DNA of 64,000 bases from NCBI GenBank assembly GCA_002391565.1, contig DGFH01000301.1, forward strand, positions 8,122 through 72,121, given 5' to 3'. The position numbers and the translations under genes were made by a program. The stretch comes from Anaerolineales bacterium UBA3905 (GTDB lineage: Bacteria > Chloroflexota > Anaerolineae > Caldilineales > Caldilineaceae). Of this stretch, positions 43,101-52,059 are shown piece after piece. Position 1 is the first letter of the stretch. The number at the start of each line of letters is the position of its first letter. Below the pieces are notes generated by a model. It made no database searches. It saw only the letters and a program-made list of their open reading frames with translations, and was not told where the DNA came from.

Positions 43101-46100
43101 AGTGCGCCAGCCCTATCTGACTATCCAGAAGGTGGCGTCCAACAATCGCATCGGCGCAGGTGACATCATTACCTACACAGTGGTGGTGCGCAACCAGGGC
43201 TACGCCAGCGCCTACGACATGAAGCTGCGCGATGTCCTGCCCGCCGATCTGACCTTTATCGGCATCGACTCGACTCAACAACCTGACAATACAACCCTCA
43301 CGCCGACTACCGCCAGTGGCGCTGCCTACGCCTACCTGATCAACCGCCTGGACGCCGGCGCGTCGGTGACGATTGTCTATCGGGCGCAGGTGAACGCCAA
43401 CGTCCCGTCGGACTCATCGCTCACCAACACGGCCTCGGTGGAGAGCTACTCCACCCAGCCCGGCAGCGCCGCCGTCGAACGCAGCTACACCGGCCCGCGC
43501 ACGACGGCCAGCGTCCACACGCCGCAGGGTGGCATCCGCAAGACAGTGACTGCCAATGAACTCACCTACGGCGGCACGCTTGTCTACACTTTGACGGTGC
43601 CAGGCGAACCGATCAACGCCACCATGTACAACGTCGTCGTGACCGATACAGTAGACAGCCGCTTCGAGATTCTCAACGTCGCCAACGGCGCCGTCAACGG
43701 CAATGTTGTAAGCGCTGCATTCGTTGCCATCCCACCGAACACACAGCAGCAGATTGCGATCACCGTGCGTTTACCCGAAAACAGCGTCACTGCCGCCGAC
43801 TACGTGGACGCCACCCCTGCAGAGTTCCGCGATCTCGTGCTGCTTCAGAGCGGCGGGGTCGGTGCAGCGTCACTTGTCGATCCGCTGGCGCCGGGGACGC
43901 TGCTCTACAACCGGGCGTATGTGCACTACGACAAAGGCGGCGTGAAAGGTTCCAACACTGTCTCCAACCGCATCGTGACGCCAGCGCTGGTCGTCGAACA
44001 TCAGGCGGCGCAGATCGAAGCCGCGGCCGGCTCCCTGGTCGACTACACGGTCAGGGTGCACAACGTGGGCAACGGCTACGCCGAGAATCTGCTCCTCGAT
44101 GTGACGCTGCCTGCCAACCTGCAGTTTGAGGTCGGCACAGCAATGCTCGATGGCGCACCCTTTGCCATTGGCGGGTTGACCGGGCTGGCGCTGCCAAATC
44201 TCCCAGGCGAAAGCTCACACATCCTGACCTTCCAGGCGCGTGTGCTTGCCGTCGAGGCGGGCGTTGGCTACCAGAGCACGGCGCACGCCGTTGGCACGGA
44301 CAGCCGCGGCCAGGCCATCGTGGCCGACAACAGCGCCCGCATCCCGGAGGACATCGATCCTGACGACACAGCGACCACGCGCATCTTCGGCCCGCTCGAC
44401 TGGGACAACGCCAGCACCTACGTTGCCTTCGAAGACCTCAAGAACGTTGGCTGGTCAGATTGGGATTACAACGACTTTATCGTGAAGATCGCCGTGGCGC
44501 GCGGCAAGACCAGCGATGGCAACCTGGCCGCCCTGCGACTCGACTATGAAGCCATGGCGCGCGGCGCCTCGTACAATCATCGCTTCCTGCATGGGTTGCC
44601 CATCTACGGCGGCGGCAGCTATGCGCTGGCAGTGCGCAACGCTGATGGACAGGTCATCAGCACACAGAGCGGTGATTTCACCACCGATGAACCGGCCTTT
44701 GCTGTCTTCGAGCGTACGCAACAGGCGCTGCCCTTACAAAGCGGCATCACCGACAACCGCTACAAGCTCTTCACCAACACGGCGCCTATGCAGACCTGGG
44801 TGCAGAAAGGCTACACTGCACAGTTGCAGGTTGTGCTGGCTGACCCGACGCAAAATCTGATCGATGCACTGCCGCCGTTGCCCTGGGATCCCTACCTGGA
44901 GGTCATCAACACCAACCAGACCATCCACCTGGTGCAACCTGGCCACACTGGCAACACGCAGGTGGTCAACAGCAACTGGGACCCGAACAGCCCGTTGATC
45001 GGCTTTGACTTGCCGCTGGCGTATGTCTTTGACACGCGCTGGAAGTGGCCGCAGGAGTTCCTGGGCATCTGGAATGTCTACCCGGATTATGTACAGTACG
45101 AACTCTCGGATGGCTTCACGAACCAGAACTGGTGGGACCCCAATGTTGCCACCACCCACATGGAATACGCCTGGATGGGCGGCGCGCTGGCGGTCATGGC
45201 GGCGCAGCTCAACCAGGTGCAGGCGAACCCATCGCGCTACTACGCGGCGCCAGTGGTCGCCGACCTGGATGGCGACGGCTCGCCCGAAATCATCGTGGGC
45301 AATCTGGTCAAGTGGCAGGTGGAAGTCTACAACAGCAACGGCCGCATGCGCAGCGGCTGGCCGCAACTTCTGCGCAGCGGAGTGAAGACAGCCGCAGGCG
45401 TCGGCGATCTCAACGGCGACGGCAAGCTGGACGTGGTCGTCGGCGATCTGCGCGGCTACCTGCACGCCTTCAACGCCGACGGCACGCGGCTGGCAGGCTG
45501 GAGCAGCCAGGGCGTCAAGCTCGGCGACCGCCCCGATGCGGAGTATCGTTTGCTGGCGCAACCGCAGGTGGTCGATCTGGATCAGAACGGCGCACGTGAG
45601 ATCGTTGTAGCGCTCTCCGACTCCAAGCTTTACGTCTACGAAGCAAACGGCGCCCTGCGCGCCGGCTGGCCTGTCTCGCTAGGCGACGCGCCGGATATCT
45701 ACGGCAGCCATGTCATCGACAGCGCGCCGGTGATCGCCGACATCGACGGTGATGGTCAGCAAGAGATCATCGTTGGCTCCTACGACCACAACCTCTACGT
45801 CTACCGCGCCAACGGTCAACTTGTCTGGAAATATGAGACGCGCGACGTGATCATGAGCACAGCGGCGGTGGGCGATGTGGCGCCCGGCTCCCCCGGTCTG
45901 GAGATCGTGATTGGCTCGGGCGACCGCTTCATCTACTTGCTGAGCAGCAGCGGGCAGTTGCTGTGGAAGCGCGCCACCGGCTGGATCGTGCGTTCGTCGC
46001 CGCTGCTGGTGGACATCGACGGCGACGGTGCGCTGGAGATCGTAGTCGGCAGCGACGACAAGAAGGTCTGGGCATGGCGCAACAACGGCGACCGGCTGAC

Positions 46101-46401
46101 CGGCTGGCCCCAGACCACCGGCGCGGCTGTCTCCTCGTCGCCCATCACCGGCGACGTAGATCACGACGGTCAGCCCGAAATCGTGGTCGGTTCGGACGAT
46201 GGTTATGTCTATGTCTGGAACGCCGATGGTTCGGCGCCGAAGGAGTGGCCGAAGGACGCTGGCTATCCGATCAAGAGCGCGCCGGCTTTGCTAAACGCCG
46301 ACAGTGACGTCGAGTTGGAGGTGGTAGCCGCCACCTACGAGGGTGCAATCAAGATTCTGGGCGGGCCACTGCCAACTTACCTGCCGTTGATCCGGCGGTA
46401 A
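40138..46401 (+). CDS. Giant secreted surface protein: about 9 DUF11/isopeptide Ig-like repeats, LruC/DUF4842-like domain, FG-GAP/VCBS repeats, YLP tail
   Basis: Signal peptide; repeated xxK...V.YT..V.N...DxLP...N; AFEDL...DWDYND; DLDGDG/DLNGDG/DIDGDG repeats; ends TYLPLIRR; GGAG RBS before ATG 40138. Confidence 0.85.
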   Translation: MQSNTATRRKFTGLSILTLLVMLTAATIAPATTQAQGGAPVLALSHSVSQEPLLSGQVAFTLNVRNNGAVAVTDRGYNLTITDTLPVGLTYVSADPAPTNVTRQADGATALTWDNIADLEAGESLSINIIASLANTVTVANDMVNRAGAKVNTMPDNSGAWVTAFSELSTRPQAIDIEASILQSTADEQATGAGEYATAPGQKAGADWPFQVRVTVRNNNVGATSNVVARVTLPAGLAYLGNVTISPNPNSVSTTPTLTRKPGGALELSWALGNLTTAQYATPLVITFQTAIPYRYRSNADTAAGAGPYAGPMSGEIIPEDAVMAVLYEASGAYANAPTADGSESTPDDDPPAQTTAEIMTVDKNASPTTVGIGTEVTFSLTYYVSEYYTVTNASLVDVLPDGMIYVDGSANLTPVSVTPGLPGAGQTTIVWALPAEATTPGASAAVTFRALVDTTYEAAPLTGQPIVSGDSLTNRVTLSGDWADAVTAERLGALTPDVASATVNTRMPGFNKEVFNPLTQQWGSSVDAYVGDTVTFRLTYASAADIDARNIIIRDFLPRGMTYIDGSATHTVNGTFSNGSSCTAAPQSPTVGTLGGLQYLEWRLCNAARGATWEAQIQARVGPEPNVQPGWIVANFGKLSGANSYGENYSLRAMAITNYKAPRLVLTKSATPSSNLQAGSVINYSISVLNVGEATAYNLSVIDTVPASLIIPNSGGSGAPNAATYTATAGDPASGAGGVLIWTTVGALAPGQTQTFTYQATVAAGLPAGAALNNLASVAYNSRSDNQGHAVTHSSNVDDDQTDDITVYIKNLTITKTGARVGGEGAAEQVTIGDTMRWTLTVTVPTGVIAYWPVVEENDLPPGFNYVAGSRAIAGASFDDAHHTANPKISTNPTDLRFYLNTVDNTAGSTPYVFTLTFDAIVTGVRADQPTTIYYTNNTVLNDALNTTYIGWYDSINGYNGSGYAYDAGFETNRIDRRSPRGRFTAKVRQPYLTIQKVASNNRIGAGDIITYTVVVRNQGYASAYDMKLRDVLPADLTFIGIDSTQQPDNTTLTPTTASGAAYAYLINRLDAGASVTIVYRAQVNANVPSDSSLTNTASVESYSTQPGSAAVERSYTGPRTTASVHTPQGGIRKTVTANELTYGGTLVYTLTVPGEPINATMYNVVVTDTVDSRFEILNVANGAVNGNVVSAAFVAIPPNTQQQIAITVRLPENSVTAADYVDATPAEFRDLVLLQSGGVGAASLVDPLAPGTLLYNRAYVHYDKGGVKGSNTVSNRIVTPALVVEHQAAQIEAAAGSLVDYTVRVHNVGNGYAENLLLDVTLPANLQFEVGTAMLDGAPFAIGGLTGLALPNLPGESSHILTFQARVLAVEAGVGYQSTAHAVGTDSRGQAIVADNSARIPEDIDPDDTATTRIFGPLDWDNASTYVAFEDLKNVGWSDWDYNDFIVKIAVARGKTSDGNLAALRLDYEAMARGASYNHRFLHGLPIYGGGSYALAVRNADGQVISTQSGDFTTDEPAFAVFERTQQALPLQSGITDNRYKLFTNTAPMQTWVQKGYTAQLQVVLADPTQNLIDALPPLPWDPYLEVINTNQTIHLVQPGHTGNTQVVNSNWDPNSPLIGFDLPLAYVFDTRWKWPQEFLGIWNVYPDYVQYELSDGFTNQNWWDPNVATTHMEYAWMGGALAVMAAQLNQVQANPSRYYAAPVVADLDGDGSPEIIVGNLVKWQVEVYNSNGRMRSGWPQLLRSGVKTAAGVGDLNGDGKLDVVVGDLRGYLHAFNADGTRLAGWSSQGVKLGDRPDAEYRLLAQPQVVDLDQNGAREIVVALSDSKLYVYEANGALRAGWPVSLGDAPDIYGSHVIDSAPVIADIDGDGQQEIIVGSYDHNLYVYRANGQLVWKYETRDVIMSTAAVGDVAPGSPGLEIVIGSGDRFIYLLSSSGQLLWKRATGWIVRSSPLLVDIDGDGALEIVVGSDDKKVWAWRNNGDRLTGWPQTTGAAVSSSPITGDVDHDGQPEIVVGSDDGYVYVWNADGSAPKEWPKDAGYPIKSAPALLNADSDVELEVVAATYEGAIKILGGPLPTYLPLIRR

Positions 46402-46404
46402 GCG

Positions 46405-46424
46405 CGTTGCGCTCCGGCGCAACG
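46405..46424 (+). terminator. Hairpin just after the giant surface protein
   Basis: CGTTGCGC-TCCG-GCGCAACG 8-bp stem; no clear U tract. Confidence 0.45.
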
Positions 46425-46442
46425 GTCGCGCATGTAGGATCG

Positions 46443-46477
46443 AATCAACCAGGTTTCTCGGCGAAACCTGGTTGATT
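46443..46477. repeat. REP-like perfect palindrome overlapping the MenE-like stop
   Basis: AATCAACCAGGTTTC-TCGGC-GAAACCTGGTTGATT, 15-bp arms. Confidence 0.85.
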
Positions 46478-47617
46478 TATTTCTGCCAGCGTCGCCGTGC
46501 GGTCGATCTTGCCGGTCGGCGTCTCGGCGAAACGAGAAGCATAGAGCACCTGGCGCGGGGCATGGTGGCGCGGCAACGCCTGGCTTGCCGCCCACCGGAG
46601 TTGTTGCCACTGATCTTCCTGCAGGGCAGCGCCTTCGATCACAAGCGTCACCACCTGACCCAACCGGTCGTCGGGCAAACCGGCGACAAAATAGCGACGC
46701 CGCGCCAACCCCAACTCCGGCTGATCGGCGCCGATGGTCGCCAGCGCCGCCTCCACGCTTTCGACGTGCACCTTGACGCCGCCGCTGTTGATCACATTAT
46801 CCCAACGCCCAATCCAGATGAAGGCGCCGTCGGCCTGCAACTCGACGAGATCGTTAGTCTGCACCATCACATCGTCGGTCATCGGGCCGCACAGATGCAG
46901 ACAACTGCGAGCGTCGACGCCGGTGATGACGCCGGGCAACGGAACAAAGGCAGGCGACGCGTTCGGCCCGTTGAGCCGCCGCAGCGCCACGTGGGTGGCG
47001 GTCTCCGTCATGCCATAGGTGTGGTGCACGGGCGCAGCGAGTTGACGAATCTGCGCTTCCAACGCGGGTATGAGTGGCCCGCCGCCGACCAGGATGGCGT
47101 GCATGGCATCCAGCCGACGGCGATAGCGAAAGGCCTGGGTTGTGTCGTCAGGAAAGCAAGAGTCGTTGTGCGCTGTCAGCGCCAGATCAAGCAACGTCTG
47201 CATCTGCAACGGCACGAATGCCGCAAAGTCGATAGCGATCTCCTCCGGTAGCCCAGCCAGTGGATCGGCGGATGGTGCAACGATCACCAGGTTCAGCCCC
47301 AGCTCAAAGCCGCGCACCAACATCATGCGTCCGGCAATGTACTGTACAGGCAGACAGACCAGCGCCGTCATTCCCGCCCTCAGCCCCAGAGCGGCGCCGG
47401 TGGCGCATGCGCTGGCGATCATTTGACGGCGGCGCAACTGGATCGGTCTGGGCGCGCCCGTCGATCCGGAAGTGTGCACGGTGAACTCGCCATCCCCACG
47501 CAACCAGGCGCGGGTAAACTCGCGCACAGCATTGACCTGTGCAGCGTTGACGGGATCAGCATCGCATGCCGCAACATCCTCCGCCAGCTGCCACCGTCCA
47601 TCGATCCAGAGCTTCAC
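46445..47617 (-). CDS. menE: O-succinylbenzoate-CoA ligase (MenE)-like AMP-binding enzyme, short type
   Basis: HTSGSTGAPR, LPVQYIAG, YGMTET, TNDLV, GRWDNVINSGG, TPTGKIDR; GAGGT RBS before GTG 47617. Confidence 0.7.
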   Translation of the reverse strand: MKLWIDGRWQLAEDVAACDADPVNAAQVNAVREFTRAWLRGDGEFTVHTSGSTGAPRPIQLRRRQMIASACATGAALGLRAGMTALVCLPVQYIAGRMMLVRGFELGLNLVIVAPSADPLAGLPEEIAIDFAAFVPLQMQTLLDLALTAHNDSCFPDDTTQAFRYRRRLDAMHAILVGGGPLIPALEAQIRQLAAPVHHTYGMTETATHVALRRLNGPNASPAFVPLPGVITGVDARSCLHLCGPMTDDVMVQTNDLVELQADGAFIWIGRWDNVINSGGVKVHVESVEAALATIGADQPELGLARRRYFVAGLPDDRLGQVVTLVIEGAALQEDQWQQLRWAASQALPRHHAPRQVLYASRFAETPTGKIDRTATLAEINQPGFAEKPG

Positions 47618-47828
47618 CGGCCACCTCTTTCTTTGCTGCTTTCTTTGCCGCCATTTTTGCTCATCATGATCGTGCATTTTCGCATTGGCTGGTAGGCAAC
47701 GCACAATATGATATGCTATCGAATAGTGCGTCAAGCCATTTTTGTCATTTGATCCCTTTGATTGATCCATTTGATCGATCCATGTGAACAGCTATGTTGA
47801 GCAACAAAGCAGTGAGAGGAGTCTGAGG

Positions 47829-49115
47829 ATGCAAGCGTGTGTGATCGGAGCCGGCGTCATAGGCTGCGCAGTGGCGCTGGAATTGCGGCGGCGTGGCTTT
47901 GCGGTCACGGTGATCGATAAGAACGGCGACGCTGGCCATGGTTCGACCTCGTCGTCGTGCGGTATTGTGCGCCGCTTCTATAGCCAGCCCGGCATGATTG
48001 CGATGGCGCACGAAGGCTGGCATATCTGGGCGGAGTGGCGGTCGTTTGTCGGCGACATCGAAGGCGAGTTGATCGAGTTTCCGCGTCCGGGCATGGTCTT
48101 CATCCCGCCGCGATTGGATGAAAGTGTGCTGGCGACAGCGGGTGAGATGCAGCGATTAGGGATCAAGGCGCACGTGCTGTCACACGCCGAAGCCAAAGCG
48201 CGCTTCCCCTTTCTCGACCTGAGTTCCTTCTATCCCGCCACGCCGGTCGATGATCCGCGCTTCTTTGAGCCAAGCGAACGGCAGTTGGAAGGTGTGGTAT
48301 GGGAGGAAGATGCCGGTTATGTGGTTTTTCCGGCGCTGGCGGCGCAGAACCTGCGTCAGGCCGCTACGCGCGCCGGCGTCGAGTTTCGCTTTCACCAGCA
48401 GGTCACGGCGATTGAGGCAGGCGCAACACAGCGCTTCGAGCTGCGGTTGGCAAGCGGCGCCGCGCTGACAACCGACGTCGTCGTGAATGTGGCTGGGCCA
48501 CATTCCGCCATCGTCAATCGCATGGCAGGGGTCACGCTGCCGTTGGAGACGCGCCCACTGCGCCGCGAGGTGCACGCTCAGGCGAATCCACTCTTCGAGC
48601 GCGGCGTTTCCCTGCCGATTGTCGGCGATCTGGACGGCGGCATCTACTTTCGGCCCGAGTCACGCGGGCGCGACATTATCGTTGGCTCCACCGACCCGCA
48701 ATGTGATGTGCTGGAATTTGTCGATGACCCCGACGCCATCGATCGCAGCATCACACAGTTGTATCGCCAACGCCAGTCGCTGCGTCTGATGAAGCGCATG
48801 CCCAGTGTGACAATGGGACGTCCGCGCGGGGTCGCCGATCTGTACGATGTGACGGTGCAGGATTGGTACCCGATCGTCGATCGCACTGATCTGCCCGGCT
48901 ATTATGTCTGCATCGGCACAAGCGGCTCGTCGTTCAAAACGGCGCCCGTGCTCGGCATGTTGACGGCGCAGATCGTCGAGGCGTGCGAGAGTGGGCGCGA
49001 CACCGACGCCTCGCCGCTGCCATTCGAACTGCCGCGCATCGGGTGCACGGTGAACACGCAGTTCCTCTCGCGTCATCGCGGCAAGCTGCAAACGACCGCC
49101 ACCGTGATTGGGTAA
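47829..49115 (+). CDS. FAD-dependent oxidoreductase (DAO/sarcosine oxidase beta family)
   Basis: [41 protein letters not shown]. Confidence 0.88.
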   Translation: MQACVIGAGVIGCAVALELRRRGFAVTVIDKNGDAGHGSTSSSCGIVRRFYSQPGMIAMAHEGWHIWAEWRSFVGDIEGELIEFPRPGMVFIPPRLDESVLATAGEMQRLGIKAHVLSHAEAKARFPFLDLSSFYPATPVDDPRFFEPSERQLEGVVWEEDAGYVVFPALAAQNLRQAATRAGVEFRFHQQVTAIEAGATQRFELRLASGAALTTDVVVNVAGPHSAIVNRMAGVTLPLETRPLRREVHAQANPLFERGVSLPIVGDLDGGIYFRPESRGRDIIVGSTDPQCDVLEFVDDPDAIDRSITQLYRQRQSLRLMKRMPSVTMGRPRGVADLYDVTVQDWYPIVDRTDLPGYYVCIGTSGSSFKTAPVLGMLTAQIVEACESGRDTDASPLPFELPRIGCTVNTQFLSRHRGKLQTTATVIG

Positions 49116-49134
49116 CGGCATCCTGTCCTCCGGG

Positions 49135-50640
49135 CTATGCAGCGTCGCGCTGGCGAACGGCGGCCAGGGTCGGCTCCGGCGCCCAGGGCAAATCGGCAGC
49201 GCGACGATCGCGGAACTCCTGGAGAAAGTGCACAAAGGCGTAAACATCGGCAAAGTTCGACGCCACCCCCAACGAGACGCGGAGCGTGCTTGGCGTTTTG
49301 CCGGTGGCGACATGCAGTAGATCGTAAAATTCGTAGAAAGAGGAAGGCGGGGCGTCGGTGAAGTAACAGGCCATCTCTGCGCGCGTCAGGCTGTGCGCCA
49401 CCTCTCCGTCGCCGGGATTGCAAAAACAGCCTGTGCGCAGTGAGATCAACCGCGCCGCCGCCGCCGCCTCCACGCGGCGAAAGTCGAAATCTTCCCCTGT
49501 TGGGTCGCGCAGCGTAAATGCAATCGTCCCGCCACGCGCATCGGTGTGCGTCGGGCCGAAGATATGGACAAGCGGCGCGCCGTTGCTGTGCGCCAACGCC
49601 GTCATCTGCTCCAGCAGCCAGCCGGTCAAGGCCATGACGCGCGCATGAATGGCGTCGATGCCGATGGTCTCGATGTGCCGCAGACCGATCTCTACGGCCG
49701 GCAGATTGAGATAATTGACCGTGCCATCCTCGAAACCCGCAGCGCCGGGAATCAGAGCATGCCAGCCTTCACCCTGCACCGATGTGATCGTGATCGTACC
49801 GCCGGCAAACCAGGGGCGGCGGAGTTTAGCAAGGGCGTGGCGGCGCGCCAGCAGCGCCCCAACCCCGGTCGGATAGCCAAAAATCTTATAGAAAGAGAGC
49901 GGCACGAAATCGGGCTTGACCTGACGCAGATCAAGGCGGTTGGTCGGTGTAAAGGCGGCGCCGTCAAGCAGCACATCCCACCCGCGCACCTGCGCCGCCT
50001 CCACCCAATCCAACGGATGCTGCACGCCGCTGAAGTTGGATTGCGCCGGGAAGGCAAAGAGGTTAGGACGCGCCGGGTCAGCCAGCGCCAAGACATCCAG
50101 CACGCGCGCAGTGGGGACGCGCAGATCGGGCAGGCTAACGGGGATGTAGTGAACACCAGCGCCACGTGCACGCGCGAACTCGCGGATGCCGTTGACCGAA
50201 TTGTGGTTGTCATAGAGCAGGGCATAGCGACCGCCCGGCGTAAAAGGATAAGACTCACCCACCAGCTTGAGCGCGCCACTGGCGTTGGGCGTAAAGATCA
50301 CTGTGTACTCATCAGGATCGGCGTTGAAAAAGTGCAACACATGCTCACGCGCCTGTTCGACCAGGTGCGTCATCGCCAGCGAAGTGGGGTTCTGTGAATG
50401 AGGGTTGCCAAAGACATTGTTCGCCAATAATTCGTGGTGCTTGCGCAATTGCGACTCGGCGTAGAGGCTGCCACCGGTGTAGTCCAGATAGATGTGGCCG
50501 GTGCGATCCAGCCGCGCATAGTCGGTGGCGCGTAGGGCGTCGAGGTGAGCATGTGCGGCGTAATCGGGATAACGTCGCGTGAAATCCGTCAGCGCCACCG
50601 TATAATCAGCAGGCAACACGCGCACAGTGGGCTGTATCAT
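49135..50640 (-). CDS. Class V PLP enzyme resembling the NifS-like domain of eukaryotic molybdenum cofactor sulfurase
   Basis: YLDYTGGSLY, GNPHS, FTPNASGALKLVGE, DNHNSVNGIRE, FPAQSNFSG, SFYKIFGYPTG, LRTGCFCNPG. Confidence 0.85.
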   Translation of the reverse strand: MIQPTVRVLPADYTVALTDFTRRYPDYAAHAHLDALRATDYARLDRTGHIYLDYTGGSLYAESQLRKHHELLANNVFGNPHSQNPTSLAMTHLVEQAREHVLHFFNADPDEYTVIFTPNASGALKLVGESYPFTPGGRYALLYDNHNSVNGIREFARARGAGVHYIPVSLPDLRVPTARVLDVLALADPARPNLFAFPAQSNFSGVQHPLDWVEAAQVRGWDVLLDGAAFTPTNRLDLRQVKPDFVPLSFYKIFGYPTGVGALLARRHALAKLRRPWFAGGTITITSVQGEGWHALIPGAAGFEDGTVNYLNLPAVEIGLRHIETIGIDAIHARVMALTGWLLEQMTALAHSNGAPLVHIFGPTHTDARGGTIAFTLRDPTGEDFDFRRVEAAAAARLISLRTGCFCNPGDGEVAHSLTRAEMACYFTDAPPSSFYEFYDLLHVATGKTPSTLRVSLGVASNFADVYAFVHFLQEFRDRRAADLPWAPEPTLAAVRQRDAA

Positions 50641-50724
50641 GAAATGCCTCCTTGCACAAAGTGGGATGGAATGATTGCCCTGATTCTAACATGGAAGCAC
50701 TTGCAAGTAACCTTGACGGGCGTC

Positions 50725-50760
50725 GTTGCATCAAAATATCGGCGCCTATTTTGATGCGAC
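50725..50760. promoter_or_regulatory. Inverted repeat in a divergent promoter region
   Basis: GCATCAAAATA-8 nt-TATTTTGATGC; TATAAT at 50791-50796. Confidence 0.5.
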
Positions 50761-50846
50761 AGGCGTCACATCATAGTGGCAGCGATGCGGTATAATCGAG
50801 TCACTGCCCGGTCTCAGCTCAGCGACAAGGCAGAGGAGCGCTACGT

Positions 50847-51425
50847 ATGAAACGAATAGGTGTGTTGGTGCTGCTACTCTTGACGTTAGCAGCTTGTGGT
50901 GGTCAAAGCAACAGTAGTCTGCCGGCGGGCGCCAAACGCGTGGGGCTGGATGAGTTTCCCACCACCATTGGGCGCGGCTTTCCCCAGGCTGTGCTCGAAG
51001 AGGCAGGACCGCCTCAACTGCTCAAGCTCGGTCAAACGCCGCCCAACTTTACGCTGCTGCTGCCCGATGGTCGCCACGCATCGCTGGCCGACTTCAAAGG
51101 GCGCCCGGTGTTGATCAATTTCTGGGCAACCTGGTGCCCGCCCTGTCGCGCCGAGATGCCGGAATTGCTGCAGGCGGCGCGCGATTATCCTGATCTGGTG
51201 TTGTTGGCCGTCAACGCCAATGAGTCAGCGGACGTAGTCAGCCAGTTCGCCGAACAGTTTCGCATGAATGTACCCGTAGTGATTGACCAGGAGGGAGCGA
51301 TCAGCAATCGCTACAACGTGAACGGGCTGCCAACCAGCATCTTCATTCATCCGGATGGGACGATCATCGATGTACGCCCCGGCGCCATCAACCGGGCGGT
51401 GATCGACGCTGTATTGGGGCGCTAA
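50847..51425 (+). CDS. TlpA/ResA-like thiol-disulfide oxidoreductase lipoprotein
   Basis: Lipobox LAAC; INFWATWCPPCRAEMP; GLPTS. Confidence 0.92.
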   Translation: MKRIGVLVLLLLTLAACGGQSNSSLPAGAKRVGLDEFPTTIGRGFPQAVLEEAGPPQLLKLGQTPPNFTLLLPDGRHASLADFKGRPVLINFWATWCPPCRAEMPELLQAARDYPDLVLLAVNANESADVVSQFAEQFRMNVPVVIDQEGAISNRYNVNGLPTSIFIHPDGTIIDVRPGAINRAVIDAVLGR

Positions 51426-51467
51426 GCAAGTAGGCGTCAGGTAAGTGGGGCGTCAGAGTGGAGCGAC

Positions 51468-52025
51468 ATGGCTGATAAAAGCACCCAGGCCGCGCGGCTT
51501 GCCGCTGAGGTGACGCACACTCCTCCCCAATCCGCAGTCCAGGGTCGCGCTGTCAGCGTCGTAACACGCTATCGACTCCAGCCGGACGATCTCCCCAACG
51601 GGCAGTGGGAAGGGCGCATCCACAGCGTCAACACCCAGGGCGTCGAAGCTCTGACGCCGCTTATCTTCATTGAAGGGTTGACAAAACCACTGGTATTGAG
51701 CGCCGACGACATACAAACCTTGTTACGCATGACGGACAGCCCCTTTGCCAGCGATTGGATTGGCTGCAAGGTGGTGGTGCGCGCCGTGCGCGTCGACGGA
51801 CAACGGGTGCTGCGGCTCTATGCGCCGGGCATGGCCGGCCCACCGGTGGACATGCCGGTTGCGCCCCGTCGCCGCCACCCTAGACGCCTCTGGCTGACCC
51901 TGAGTTTGTTGCTGGCGCTGATTGCGTTGAGCGTCTGGCTCGTGTATGCTGTGGAACAGCGCACACTGCTCTGGACGTTCCTGCAGCAGGCGGTGACGAC
52001 GCCAGGTGTGACGCCGACGCCGTAA
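51468..52025 (+). CDS. Hypothetical protein with a phage-like small beta domain and C-terminal TM helix
   Basis: GGAG RBS; soluble domain LQPDDL...KPLVL...DWIGCKVVV; TM LWLTLSLLLALIALSVWLVYAV. Confidence 0.65.
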   Translation: MADKSTQAARLAAEVTHTPPQSAVQGRAVSVVTRYRLQPDDLPNGQWEGRIHSVNTQGVEALTPLIFIEGLTKPLVLSADDIQTLLRMTDSPFASDWIGCKVVVRAVRVDGQRVLRLYAPGMAGPPVDMPVAPRRRHPRRLWLTLSLLLALIALSVWLVYAVEQRTLLWTFLQQAVTTPGVTPTP

Positions 52026-52059
52026 TTGCAGCCTGCAAGTTGGGCAAAGGTAATAGACT

